Positions 36,801-44,700 of a DNA stretch of 64,000 bases are shown here, in pieces (positions within the stretch are counted from its first letter, which is position 1; every line of letters begins with the position of its first letter). The notes below the pieces were generated by a model. It saw only the letters and a program-made list of their open reading frames with translations, was not told the origin of the DNA and ran no database searches. The stretch is from a virus, in IMG/VR virus record IMGVR_UViG_3300020193_000005, positions 1 through 64,000 of that record; one strand, written 5' to 3'. The translations under genes and the position numbers were made by a program.

Positions 36801-39041
36801 CTCGCCGACAAGCTGAGAGGAGTCGCCGTCAACGAGGCGCTCGACAGGCTGAGAAACGCCGAGGCGGTTTTGGCACTTTCGCGCGGTCCGGTGATCGACG
36901 ACGCCGGTTTCTCCGTTTCGAGAGGACCCGACGGAACCGTTTCCGTTTCCGGATTCACGAATTTCTCTCCGTTCAAAGCGAGATCGTCCTACGCGTTGCC
37001 GACCGGAAGGAGTCGGCGAAAGGAGATGAACAAAAACGCGCAAATATCCCTGAAATTCGACAGGGAGATCGAGAACTCCCCCAAGGGAATGGCTCTCAGG
37101 ACTTTGGCGAGAAATTTGCGAATGGATCTTGACGAACTTGGATCTCGCCTCGAGTCCCACGATTTCGGCACGTATTCGGACGCCATCTATTCGTCAGAAA
37201 TGAGAAGGAACAAAAAGCTGTTCGATAACGGTTCTCTGACGCCGGAAAACTCTGGATTGTTCCTGCCGAGAGGTGCGAGTCGAATCGAAATGACCGCGAG
37301 AATGTCGAGCGCCGCTTCCTCCATCGGGTTGGGTTTCGGCGATTCCGGAGCGATGGCCATAGAAGGACCGTACACGAAAGACACCTCGAAATACGCGGGA
37401 ATGACCGACGACGAGCTGATCGACTCGTGGAACAAAACGCTTGCCGACCTGTTCGGCGTGACGGTGGAGGGAATTTCGCCGGAACGGATCGCAGAAACGA
37501 GCAGAGGTCGTTACGGCGACAGAAACTTCAACGCCAGGGCTCATTTGATCAAATCCCACCTGGAGGCGATAGCGAGCGAAATACGAAGAAGATTCTTCGC
37601 CAGCGAGGAAGGGAAAGCCGCGATAGATCAAATCCTCGAGGAAGGAAACGACTCCGGCGCCATGTCGTTGGATCCAGACAATAAACCGTTCTCGGGATCG
37701 TTGTGGCTGGATTCGAGACTACGGGAGATGTACGGAAGTCGCTGGCAAGAGATAGCCGCCGGGATAGGTAGACGATTTGCCAACTTCGGCGACAGGAATT
37801 GGAGCGACCCGACGGACGACGACGCGGTCGATCTTTATCACTACGCGGCCATGCTGCAACACGACGCTGTCGTGAGCGTGATGAAATCGGTCTCTGGCGC
37901 GGAAGATCGCTCCGAACTTGCGCGGAGGCTTACGAACAGCGCGGTGGGCGTAGTTGCTTTTATCTCGTTGCAAATACCGCTGACGACGGAGCAGATAGAG
38001 GATCAGATACAAAGAGGACGAATGATATCCAACATGCGAGAGCTCGCGGCGCTTGATCCGTACTCCAGGGTGGAGGCGATGATCGAAAAACGAAACGCGG
38101 AGATAGTGCAGAGAGTGATGGACGCAAAGAGGAGCACGCTGACCCCCGAGGAGTTTTCCGATTGGTACAAGGGAGTCATCGAAAGACTGGCCAGAAGCGA
38201 GACGACCTTGGCCGAATCTCCGGAGGGGTTATTCGGAGAGCCGGGGGATCAAGAAGCCCTGGATCAATTCATTGATTTCTACGAAAAAGACGCGGGAGTC
38301 TCCGGGAGGACTGGCGGAACCGACGACGGGGATTCCGGGAAAATGAGCAAGTCCTCGCGCCGTTCTTCGCCCAAAGCCGTTTACGATGCCAGGAGGATCT
38401 ACGGAGAGACTCCCGAAGAGATAGCCAAGCGACTCGGAATTGGAAAGGAAAAAGTACTGGAGCTGGAACAGCGATACGTCGACCAGGTCAACGCCAGAAT
38501 ATCCGCCGCGATTGATATCAAGAAAATGAAACTGAACCGCGAGAACTATTGGCCGGTGGAAGGAGTTCAAGAAGGCGCCATAAATCGAGTATACGATGAC
38601 GACACCTCCGTAGCTTTTTACACAATGTTTGACACGCTTCTGGGGCGAAGGAGCCGTGGCGGTCACTGGTGGTCTCCGCTCAACAAAGAAGGCGTGGCAA
38701 TTACCGAAAGAGAACTCAAGGGGTACCTCGCTTATCTTTCCCGGGTCGTCGACGTTTTGGATGATGAATACAAGGATCAGGAAGCCGCGAATTTGTTCAG
38801 GAGGAGCATAAAGATTCTTTCGGAAACTCTCAAAGACGGTTCGTACGGCGACGTCACTGGTGACTCCGGGGCTATGCGCAGGAACTTCGTAGAGCCCAGA
38901 TACGACATAAAACCACATCAGGGGGGGTGGGTCATCATAGACACGAAGAACAGAAACGCCATATCCAGCAGGGTTTTTAGCGACAGGCTCGAAGCGCTCA
39001 GGGGCGCGAAGCGAATGGACAGGGGGGAATCCGTCAATTAG
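27804..39041 (+). CDS. Giant polyprotein (about 3745 aa): HK97-type prohead protease plus cargo modules (DUF6321-like, DUF4314, sigma70-r4-like HTHs, WYL, DEDDh exonuclease)
   Basis: N-terminal S78 protease (WGHDW His, WSIGY Ser, LYEVSPV..GAN); 13 DSGAM-type linkers; one uninterrupted frame. Confidence 0.9.
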   Translation: MKNTQITEDSSYLYKSLNGQINIDEAKGVVEAFVAGIGNKDSVNDICLPGCFTNSLARRKPRVVWGHDWNSPIGKVLEIYEVGPNDPRLPARMRKAGVGGLYVKVQFNLKAEKGREAFANVSFFDMEQEWSIGYKTLDAVFDPVQNANLLKEVELYEVSPVLHGANQLTGTISIKADGTETQIKDGQGPCWPGYKQVGTKKGKGGKMVPNCVPVDGKSLEDECCPDEKAADKPVLRDPKGGLTAAGRAHFKRTEGANLKPGVKGAADTPEKMRRKGSFLTRFFTNPSGPMKKPNGKPTRLALSAAAWGEPVPQDASDAAKLAAKGRRLLERYEKTKKKKKDDSDSTQNKNHVEAIYSAYNSQSNESFGRASMLTRSLAKHFGGAVRLVKADNDIAIFEMGAGTGTEMLRVAYHYDGDEFMFGTAQKVKPETVFIPIGSEGAPTGGIVTSPSATTPQTPMLAAGVPSASCCDSCAAGKNVCASPKSLATWEEFTEKNDGNHSLFVLERGDDPTEIFDALSAVGEYHGFSVKTLNDGFLIEDYDSLSDEAVEAVGTLGRAMEQKALRRLRGRGSRGNMDPRTAIDADLDRLVLEGIPMINLGRGVPDPTPFGNVPDVGGGRAERLARTLSPRVRRNQQRTMGQLEGAIEPSLMDRATERVARGMDAAETRISDQMGRFVGDLREERDARKARRFEKAKKRAQKRGWLPTEEQLARKRSAEEALFDLDDQEDMLLAMEQTRRSRMGLPAMSREESARMLDRNIPDRHEKRKKLYDELYGDSGAMRSEMPAVPYPQRQPEKVPERVPEKVPEKVPEKVPEKVPEKVPEKVPEKVPEKVPVKPTRVPEKVPTKPQRVPEKVPTKPQRVPAKPQRVPEKVPVKPARVPRKVPARTSADSGAMSKEPEKGDQIRFYGSSDPYTKLQPGTMGRVTRVAPDGTISVEWEDGSSLKMIPGEDVFQIMPPAKTYADLNQLIESPWRFDENISLHLDPKTGVIYEADAYGQLVERLGDGAKLTQLNEFNIDDTDSVGYDDAGNLVNRGPDGDEIIFTAEQLGDSGAMTRPLPGMSEEEYEAWLAEHRAKSKWKGRRGTGIFVDPDTGKPASPKDKEVLDKVMEQMLAAIESDDPDSIHSMEDLTNATRNPDGSWSFDSPEAVIEIIEGEAAGDTPEEILDRIRRANGEVDDEAEGDSGEMTVNRGVPDDVRRVVQGTDRSNLVGGRAEPMRRANEALVSAANRTIRPESSGDTTDPASRAASDIIKTFDQFKLSQAEVDDHIERIKASMGRMVGEVGNSESREKIIDTFNRVLGKLTPEQIAFERSRIRERIKNAGFDEMRRMFGLDDESNSGAMAKRAAKTPEKLERFEREDLGRRIWLERTYDGKTLDDVARKHRMSREAARQLEIMHARKLNGMDPSSDNRVGRSTIERVVSRSAIGLSDQEADLLRRRFDGELLEESARRMRMDKNAVRRMEQLALRKMRDFIVAAEKFENEADSGAMRRGSGGTAADADRPKGRRFPGRRARKTPGFTIPEMVESLSDSYGSDMSRSDIIAAAVLMRIRRSMTDKIDYLLAKGARSRRFSALADEITKADAVYKDGSTTGSAFVKTVFGSSAELKKLIQRRANRIDEVKDVDGIVNARTAVTLEEVGGDVREAAQKLGIDPKVVERRAIAHSIIAQAIATPETLKIASQIDSQFAYGILSPKQKTLIKLWLAGFSPEEIAETLNMTRADAWRDLGRAVRRMSMGNPEWVSEKNRRTIASVDLASDEAGVFSELTLSDGSKHRNYLSKSPIGSGASGAMARAEVVSVATDAGEESYVMVPARGDRNPSSFSLFPLRTRNEDLIYEAVAAEASGMLNSGLFARIVTDESGDQKLFAGSLGKNSIKTLSEIGTVNERTPFVTSLASDERYGKALLAKYDDLRNVLSDTPFSENLGVDDRRLSRLSEISEKIRNSAAVTPEEIVVMDSILSEIDDSRRSAIRRLPHDFDEETTDSFVNAADDRRFSYAENDGGKTVPYAKRMLGLGSPNAREFYLRVGKDGKLYKWNHPNNLENDIGSWADSAVGEEFIPSRDDVRAIAYDSTGVTRSLVGDGDSGAMSLPGEGTEYREDDNEVVIISDGISEASIGGAAYLAIGQNKPLSFAYYKKGSGWEKRSVVPRDLVRGVYKAVKRDDGSTVFVFHKADAPKGYLFLRAFDPNRNEAREFRLDRIGGIGNLTSQPKSTNAAPSGTPQGNTPTGSTPPKQVFPKQIFTRAGKVGQATVWVDQHPVRPSARQSAYEKTIVVADAPVAGYLDEALKEIGEGSFLEGYQGDASVVLSVLMDALGDEKHPLHDRANKYMLAMESKKLGKLLGRTAYRKSGLQGPPLRRRAKPWGGDRGNTKLADFESWTDPQQMYDWARTGDYVLFDVETTGSPGLDASAAEIARKTPQGRVVQIAMTPVKNGVPGQTKIWWVKPLDDDGNAVEMSDWTKENVPGPDGARTLTDQLAMNDPRFVDPAVAWREVSDWLKSEFGDSPILVGYNSANFDMPIAERMIDDRDLKIGWFDVMVLADQVLYAESQAFDDLSKISVDRRKSGRVVPGFAAGTVISMAGFSKRHKANRGSRLIFGPANFHPVLDGSGKPTFKPDGKPKMQPKFRINLESLKEWAGVKTRRAAHAADVDNDVTHRVMLALTEHQTKRGRALHMFDKDLRNQLERYLREEYEFRASTHEARKNQGSFFGFNSPRADSGGARPNEPADVGDATTGYAESYGNVVGSRETGRRVVGRPSVRVIGDYPGLPFYVVSSNGEETILIGPEFWTDGIDPDTREPLLLRNQKALIPMIGQARKSGRGIQFVYGRRDDGSPVNYEIFALELVPDDGMTMEEARIATERDRRIRFSLAGTLRNGMSFEFSFKDIGNPDAPPPRASEYVPMTGEEVSGVTDAILMTPAQYSDQLMRKRVIALRNSRSGGSGSSTSGTDSGAMSGLTNRYGGSGGLEAWIPDEKYKSFSSMDESQLRAIVERTRRSVNDLILADKLRGVAVNEALDRLRNAEAVLALSRGPVIDDAGFSVSRGPDGTVSVSGFTNFSPFKARSSYALPTGRSRRKEMNKNAQISLKFDREIENSPKGMALRTLARNLRMDLDELGSRLESHDFGTYSDAIYSSEMRRNKKLFDNGSLTPENSGLFLPRGASRIEMTARMSSAASSIGLGFGDSGAMAIEGPYTKDTSKYAGMTDDELIDSWNKTLADLFGVTVEGISPERIAETSRGRYGDRNFNARAHLIKSHLEAIASEIRRRFFASEEGKAAIDQILEEGNDSGAMSLDPDNKPFSGSLWLDSRLREMYGSRWQEIAAGIGRRFANFGDRNWSDPTDDDAVDLYHYAAMLQHDAVVSVMKSVSGAEDRSELARRLTNSAVGVVAFISLQIPLTTEQIEDQIQRGRMISNMRELAALDPYSRVEAMIEKRNAEIVQRVMDAKRSTLTPEEFSDWYKGVIERLARSETTLAESPEGLFGEPGDQEALDQFIDFYEKDAGVSGRTGGTDDGDSGKMSKSSRRSSPKAVYDARRIYGETPEEIAKRLGIGKEKVLELEQRYVDQVNARISAAIDIKKMKLNRENYWPVEGVQEGAINRVYDDDTSVAFYTMFDTLLGRRSRGGHWWSPLNKEGVAITERELKGYLAYLSRVVDVLDDEYKDQEAANLFRRSIKILSETLKDGSYGDVTGDSGAMRRNFVEPRYDIKPHQGGWVIIDTKNRNAISSRVFSDRLEALRGAKRMDRGESVN
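29529..29633 (+). repeat. 35-aa shared tag, copy 1
   Basis: MDPRTAIDADLDRLVLEGIPMINLGRGVPDPTPFG. Confidence 0.95.
30186..30465 (+). repeat. 12-bp coding tandem repeat (PEKV)n with degenerate KPQRVP tail
   Basis: CCCGAGAAAGTT repeated about 10 times in frame. Confidence 0.95.
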
Positions 39042-39116
39042 GTCTTACCGAACGAACCGCTATTTTTTGATAAGTTTCCTACAAATGAGCTAAGACGTCT
39101 TAGAATAGGAGTTGCG

Positions 39117-39488
39117 ATGAAGCAAATTTTCTCATACGAAACCAAGTCGGCCAGCGGGCGCCTCTTCCTCGATATGCAGGAAAGCGGGGAGCTTTTCGGG
39201 GAGGATCCAGAAGAGGAGGATTCCTACGAATACGACGAACCCGAGGACGAGGACGAGGATTACGCGTCGGGTATCACCTTGCCCGCCAAGGTGGAGGATA
39301 TGTTTCGCGTAAAGTCGGCCATCGATCCGGTGTTGGAAAAGTACGGATTTGAGAGTTTCGCCGACGTCACCGGGATACACATTCCGAGAGCCAAAATGAT
39401 GGGACCGATACTGGTTGGGGAAATCAACGCCGCCCTGGATCGGGTTTACGCAAACCAGCCCAAAACCCCGAACGACGATTCCGTCTAG
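39117..39488 (+). CDS. Acidic hypothetical protein (123 aa)
   Basis: TAGAAT then AGGAG SD then ATG. Confidence 0.7.
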   Translation: MKQIFSYETKSASGRLFLDMQESGELFGEDPEEEDSYEYDEPEDEDEDYASGITLPAKVEDMFRVKSAIDPVLEKYGFESFADVTGIHIPRAKMMGPILVGEINAALDRVYANQPKTPNDDSV

Positions 39489-39544
39489 TCAAAGGTTGTA
39501 AGAACGTGGCCCGCAACCAGAGGTATTCCCGTAAAAAGCCAGTT

Positions 39545-39691
39545 ATGAGTTATCCTAATTCTGCACAACAAAACGGTTTGAGAACGAAATATCAATGCAT
39601 GACGACTGGCGAAAAACGTCCGTCGCCGTGCGGCAGTTGCGTTAAACCAAAAAACTGTCTCTCGACCGCAATGCAATACAAGGAGCGTTAA
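39545..39691 (+). CDS. Small Cys-rich protein (48 aa)
   Basis: YQCMTTGEKRPSPCGSCVKPKNC resembles the Cys motifs of the next gene; stop abuts the next ATG. Confidence 0.5.
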   Translation: MSYPNSAQQNGLRTKYQCMTTGEKRPSPCGSCVKPKNCLSTAMQYKER

Positions 39692-39692
39692 A

Positions 39693-41717
39693 ATGGCGTC
39701 AGACAAACAGGCAACTTTGAAAATCGACGCCGACGGCAACGTCATGAGTTGCGCCAATGGTGCGATGACATCCGAATGCGGATACAAGGCTGGTTCTCTG
39801 GTTTGCGGTAAGTGCGGAGCGATGGCGGTGGAAGTCAAATACGGGATGATGCCGCAGGCCCAGGGATTCGAATGCAAGGCGAGCGGGAAGACGGTCATGG
39901 AGGCGTGCGAAGCTTGCCCGGGCGGTTGCGCCCCGATGGGGATGAAGCAAGAAGAAATGCCCGAAGAAGTTCTCGCCATGTTCAAAAAGAAAAAGCGGAA
40001 GAAAAAGATGGGTGCCGATGCCGAGGAAAAAGCCGCAGTACGGGCTTACGGCGACGTTTACGAAGACGACGAGGAAGAGGAAGAGGAAGAGGAAGAGGAA
40101 GAGATTGAGGACGGCGAAGAGGTCGAATACGAAGACGAGCCAACCCTTGCCGGTATGAGAGCTCCCGCTCCAGAGATGCAAGCCGAAGAGAGCGAGACTC
40201 CCGAGATGCAGGAGGAGGAGGGCGAGGACGAGGATCTCGTCGAGTCTCTCGCAATGGCCAGACCCCCCATGAGGAAGCGCAGAGCACCGATGATGCCTGC
40301 CCGCAGACCGATGAATGAGGAAGACTCGGAAATGATGCCTGCCCGCAGACCGATGAATGAGGAAGACTCGGAAATGATGCCTGCCCGCAGACCGATGGAT
40401 GAGGAAGACTCGGAAATGATGCCGGTCCGCAGACCGATGGATGAGGAAGACTCGGAAATGATGCCGGTCCGCAGACCGATGAATGAGGAAGACTCGGAAA
40501 TGATGCCAGCCGCCCGATCCATGCGGATGCCGGAAGAGGATGAAGAAGAAATGCCCGACAGATCCATGATGAGAAATCGTCGTCTTGCGACCATGGGATT
40601 CAAGGACGGCGAATTCGGAAATACCCCGTTCGTATGCTCAATCGAGCGCAAGGTTTATCCGGGAAACGCAAAAGTATGCGAGAACTGCCCGGGTGGATGC
40701 GTATCGGAGGGCGACATGCCGGCCCTTCTCGAGATCGAAGGAATCGCGGAGGACACTTTCGGGGGCAAGGTCCTGGATTCGGGATACTCCGACAGCGCGG
40801 ACGTCTTCGTGGTCGACATAGAACGCAAGGACGGCAAGCCGGTCGAGGCGTTTTTTGACGGCACCACAGGGGAATGTATGGGATGGCATCTTCTCAACGA
40901 AGAGGTCATGCAAGTCAAGTCCGCTTTTGAGGCTCCGCAAATGGTCAGTTTCTCGGACGCGGCGGAGATAGCCACCAAGAGCATCGCGGGGGACGTCGTC
41001 TCGATAGAAGCCGACCTGTTCGAGGGTTACGACGCCTATGCCGTGGAAATAGAGGGAGTGGACGGCAAGTCCTACGACGTGTTCGTGTCGCTTGACGGAG
41101 AAATACTCGGCTACGACACCTACACCCAGGAAGAGGCATCGGCGATCGAGTCGGAGGCGGCCGAACTCGCCCTCAAGAGGGCTCACGACGAGGTCGAGCG
41201 TAAGGAGATGGCGAGTAACGGAGAGGCCATGGACGACGGGGAAATGCCGATCAAAAACTCGGCGGATCTCAGGAACGCGATCATGTCCTGGCCGCGTTCG
41301 GCCAATAGGGACGCCGCCAAGCTTCATATCATGAGACGAGCGGCGGCGCTCGGTCTCGAGTCTTCGTTGCCGGCGGATTGGGTCGCTCAGGAGCTCGAGC
41401 AAGAGAAGTCCGACGCCAACTTCATGTCCTCTCTTCTTGAGTTCGAGATGATCGAAGCCGAATCCTCGGGAGACGATCCGGAGAGAATGGCCGAGATCTA
41501 TTTCAAGAAGATGTTCAGCGAGGAACGCAGGGGCGAACTCGCTAAGCGAGGAATGGCTCTCCCCGACGGTTCATATCCGATCGAGTCGGAAGAGGATCTA
41601 AAGAACGCGATTCAGGCGTACGGAAGAGCCAAGGACAAGGACAAAGCCAAGGCACATATTATGAAGAGGGCCAAGGCACTCGGCAAGGACGATCTAATTC
41701 CGGACAACTGGCGTTAG
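39693..41717 (+). CDS. Acidic head-associated / scaffold-like protein with Cys-rich motifs, 2 PepSY-like and 2 DUF6582-like domains
   Basis: AGGAG SD; CxxCPGGC twice; Glu-rich region; VSFSDAAEIA...YAVEI...DVFVSLDGEIL; duplicated DGxxPI...DL.NAI....R.......HIM.RA.ALG.....P..W. Confidence 0.75.
   Translation: MASDKQATLKIDADGNVMSCANGAMTSECGYKAGSLVCGKCGAMAVEVKYGMMPQAQGFECKASGKTVMEACEACPGGCAPMGMKQEEMPEEVLAMFKKKKRKKKMGADAEEKAAVRAYGDVYEDDEEEEEEEEEEEIEDGEEVEYEDEPTLAGMRAPAPEMQAEESETPEMQEEEGEDEDLVESLAMARPPMRKRRAPMMPARRPMNEEDSEMMPARRPMNEEDSEMMPARRPMDEEDSEMMPVRRPMDEEDSEMMPVRRPMNEEDSEMMPAARSMRMPEEDEEEMPDRSMMRNRRLATMGFKDGEFGNTPFVCSIERKVYPGNAKVCENCPGGCVSEGDMPALLEIEGIAEDTFGGKVLDSGYSDSADVFVVDIERKDGKPVEAFFDGTTGECMGWHLLNEEVMQVKSAFEAPQMVSFSDAAEIATKSIAGDVVSIEADLFEGYDAYAVEIEGVDGKSYDVFVSLDGEILGYDTYTQEEASAIESEAAELALKRAHDEVERKEMASNGEAMDDGEMPIKNSADLRNAIMSWPRSANRDAAKLHIMRRAAALGLESSLPADWVAQELEQEKSDANFMSSLLEFEMIEAESSGDDPERMAEIYFKKMFSEERRGELAKRGMALPDGSYPIESEEDLKNAIQAYGRAKDKDKAKAHIMKRAKALGKDDLIPDNWR
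40290..40508 (+). repeat. 42-bp coding tandem repeat x5 (MMP[AV]RRPM[ND]EEDSE)
   Basis: Directly visible; no spacers. Confidence 0.95.
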
Positions 41718-41728
41718 GAGTAGCCGCC

Positions 41729-44700
41729 GTGATCGGCGAAGAAAATAACGACCGCAAGGAGAACCCGAGAAGCAGGGTGTACTTGCCGTTCGGATTCAGG
41801 AAAAAATCCATCCCGAATCCCTATACGGCACGCGACGCCGACCTGGACAGACTCGTCCTCGAAGGGATACCGACCGTCAATCTGGGTCGCGGAATTCCGG
41901 ATCCGACGCCGTTCGGCGCGGATTCGGGGCTGATGCGGAGCCAATCGCGCAGGCGCTTGGCCAGAACTATCGGAAGATTGATTCCGAAAAATCGATCCGA
42001 CTCCGGGGCGATGGCGGACGAAAAAAAGCCCACGACCCCCTCGAGGAACGAAACTCCCTACGGCGGAGATCAGACGATAATCGAGCAAGTGGTCAGCGAG
42101 GCTCGTTTTCAAAAAGATTTGGCCTCCAGGGGGGAATGGAAGGAAATTCACTACGACCACTACGACTGGTGGGCTTACCCGATCGATAGGGGAAGTGCCC
42201 AGTACGGTGATTTCTACAACGTCGCCGGCGAACCCGTAAAGAGATTAAGAAACAACATGGATTTCATAAAGGCGCTCACGGATACGATTTTGGTTCAAAC
42301 CAGGGCGCTCGGATACAACCTTTACGAAAAAACTTGGATGCAGGATCCCGAGTGGGAAAAGGGTCAGGACTGGGGTCTTGCCTATCCCACGAGAATATGG
42401 AAGATGACCAGATCCGCCCAAATTTTCGGTTTGGAGGAGGAATTTGAATCGCTGATAAACATGCAAAAGGTTTTGCAGGAGAGCGGAATCCGATTCAACC
42501 ATCGCAAGTATTGGGAAAGCCCCGGAACGGTGGACGATGTTCCGCCCATCGAGAGTTACGACGAGCCGAAAACATACTTCCGTGACTACTCGTTGGGCGC
42601 GAAACCGCGAACCCCATACGGAGAAGGAGGGGGTTCGTCCCCGTATTATCCGACGGAATACGATGAATGGGAGGCGGGAATAGACACGGAGCCCAGAGTC
42701 GGCGAATTGGAGCCCGACGACTTCGAGTCGGCGGTCGCCGGGGCTTTCGAGTTGGCGGATTTACTCAGGGAAAAATCCGAAATCGGCGACCTGGAATATC
42801 CGTACCACCACATCTCGCCGGATCGGAGGGAAGACATTGCCGATACGATAGATTTCGCGCTCACCCTGATCCCGATCGTCGACGGAGACGGATTCGACAC
42901 GGACAGAAAAGAGACGGCCGACGCCCTGGAAAAATTCGTAGTCGGCGACGATTTGTATCGAGATGACTCCGAGCTGTTGGACGAATTGATTTTACAGTTG
43001 AGAGATTCGACATACGACGGATTCTTTTCGTTCGACGAAGACAGCGGGAGGATGTCCGTTGAGCCGAAAATGAATAGGTTCAATGATCGGGTGACGACTT
43101 TGTACAACGAAGGCAAGACCCGCGAAGAGATCGCCAAGGAGCTCGACCTAAGCGTCCGTCAAGTTGATTACCTCCTAAACAAGCTCTTCGCCGGCGGGTT
43201 GGCGAAATCCCGCCACACACAGCGGGAAAAGACGGAGGAACTCATCGAACGGGTGGTGACCATGCACAACGAGGGGAAACGCACCACGGAAATCGCCGAG
43301 GAGTTGGGGCTCACCAACAACAGGGTGCAAAGATACCAATACATTGCGAGACGACGGGGATTGCTGACGACGCCCCGGAAACGCACTACGGCAGAAACGG
43401 ATGAGTTGATGAACGAGGCCGCGAGGTTGTACAACGAGGGGAAACCCCGGATGGACATAGCGAAGGAAATGAATCTTCCCGGGGAAAAAATTGGCACTCT
43501 TCTGCAACGAGCGAACGAGCGCAAGCTGATTCGCGACTACAACCCTCAAGGATTGGGAAAATTCGGGAAAACCACACTGACCCCCGAAAAAATCTCCGCC
43601 GCCGCCGACGGGTACAGGCAGGGAAAGACGTTCGCGCAGATCGCGGAAGAACTCGCGGTCACGGAAACCGCCGCCCGCAAACTCGTTGTGCAGGCGAGAC
43701 GCTTGGGGCTGGACACGGGCTCCCCTCGCAGGCGAACTCCGTCCCAGATGGAGGAATTGCTTTTGGAGGTGGCGGTCAGATACGAGGAAGGAAAGACATT
43801 CGCCGAAATCGGTCAAGAACTGGACGTTACTCCGTCGGCTATCAGGGATATGGTCGACAGGGCCGTCACGCTCGGTTTGATTCGGAGACGCGAGCGAACG
43901 CGCAGCGACACGGACGAGTTGATGAACCAGGTCATGGCCAAGCGCAAGGAGGGCAAGACCAGACGAGAAATCGCGCAGGAACTGAACGTCCCCGAAAATC
44001 GGGTCGCATACTTGGTCCAGAGGGCCAGGTTGATGAAAGCATCCGAATCGACTTCGACCGACGGATTCGACGGCGAGACGGGGAGAATGTCGAGAGAACC
44101 GGAGAGAGGCGATCTGGTCAGATTCGGTAGAAGCTCAAATAATCGGTACGTAGATGAACCCGGATCGCTCGGCAGGGTGGTGAAGGTCGCCCGTGACGGA
44201 ACCATCTCCGCGGATTTTGGAAATGGTCCGATAAAGCTGATCCCCGGCGAGGACGATTTCCTAGTGATCCCGAGACAAGTCGACGCGCTGTACGAGCTGA
44301 CGGACAACGACGGCAACGTGATGTACCTACCGGTCGAGGACGTGACGTACCCCAAGATCACCCGCGCCATGGAGGAAGCGATGAAAGCCGGGTACAGAGA
44401 AACAGGAATCATCCGAGGAAACATGCGAACATTTTTCGACGAAGCCACGGGAACCTTCAAGACATCCAGAATCGAGTCGAGGATTCTCAACGCGGAGAAC
44501 ATTGCGCCGGAAACGACGGCACCGGTTCCCCCTCAACCCGGATACCCCGAGTTCACTCGAATCGTCGGTACCGACCGAGCGCGAGGCGGGGGCGTCGACT
44601 CCGGCGCGATGGAACTGCCGGACGGAATAGACGAGGAACTTGAGGATTACGTTTACGACGATCCGCTGTTCGGTCCATCCATAAAGCATCCTCTCTTTTT

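Noticed and set aside
40290-40508. CRISPR-like array
   Set aside because: Units are contiguous 42-bp in-frame coding repeats with no unique spacers.
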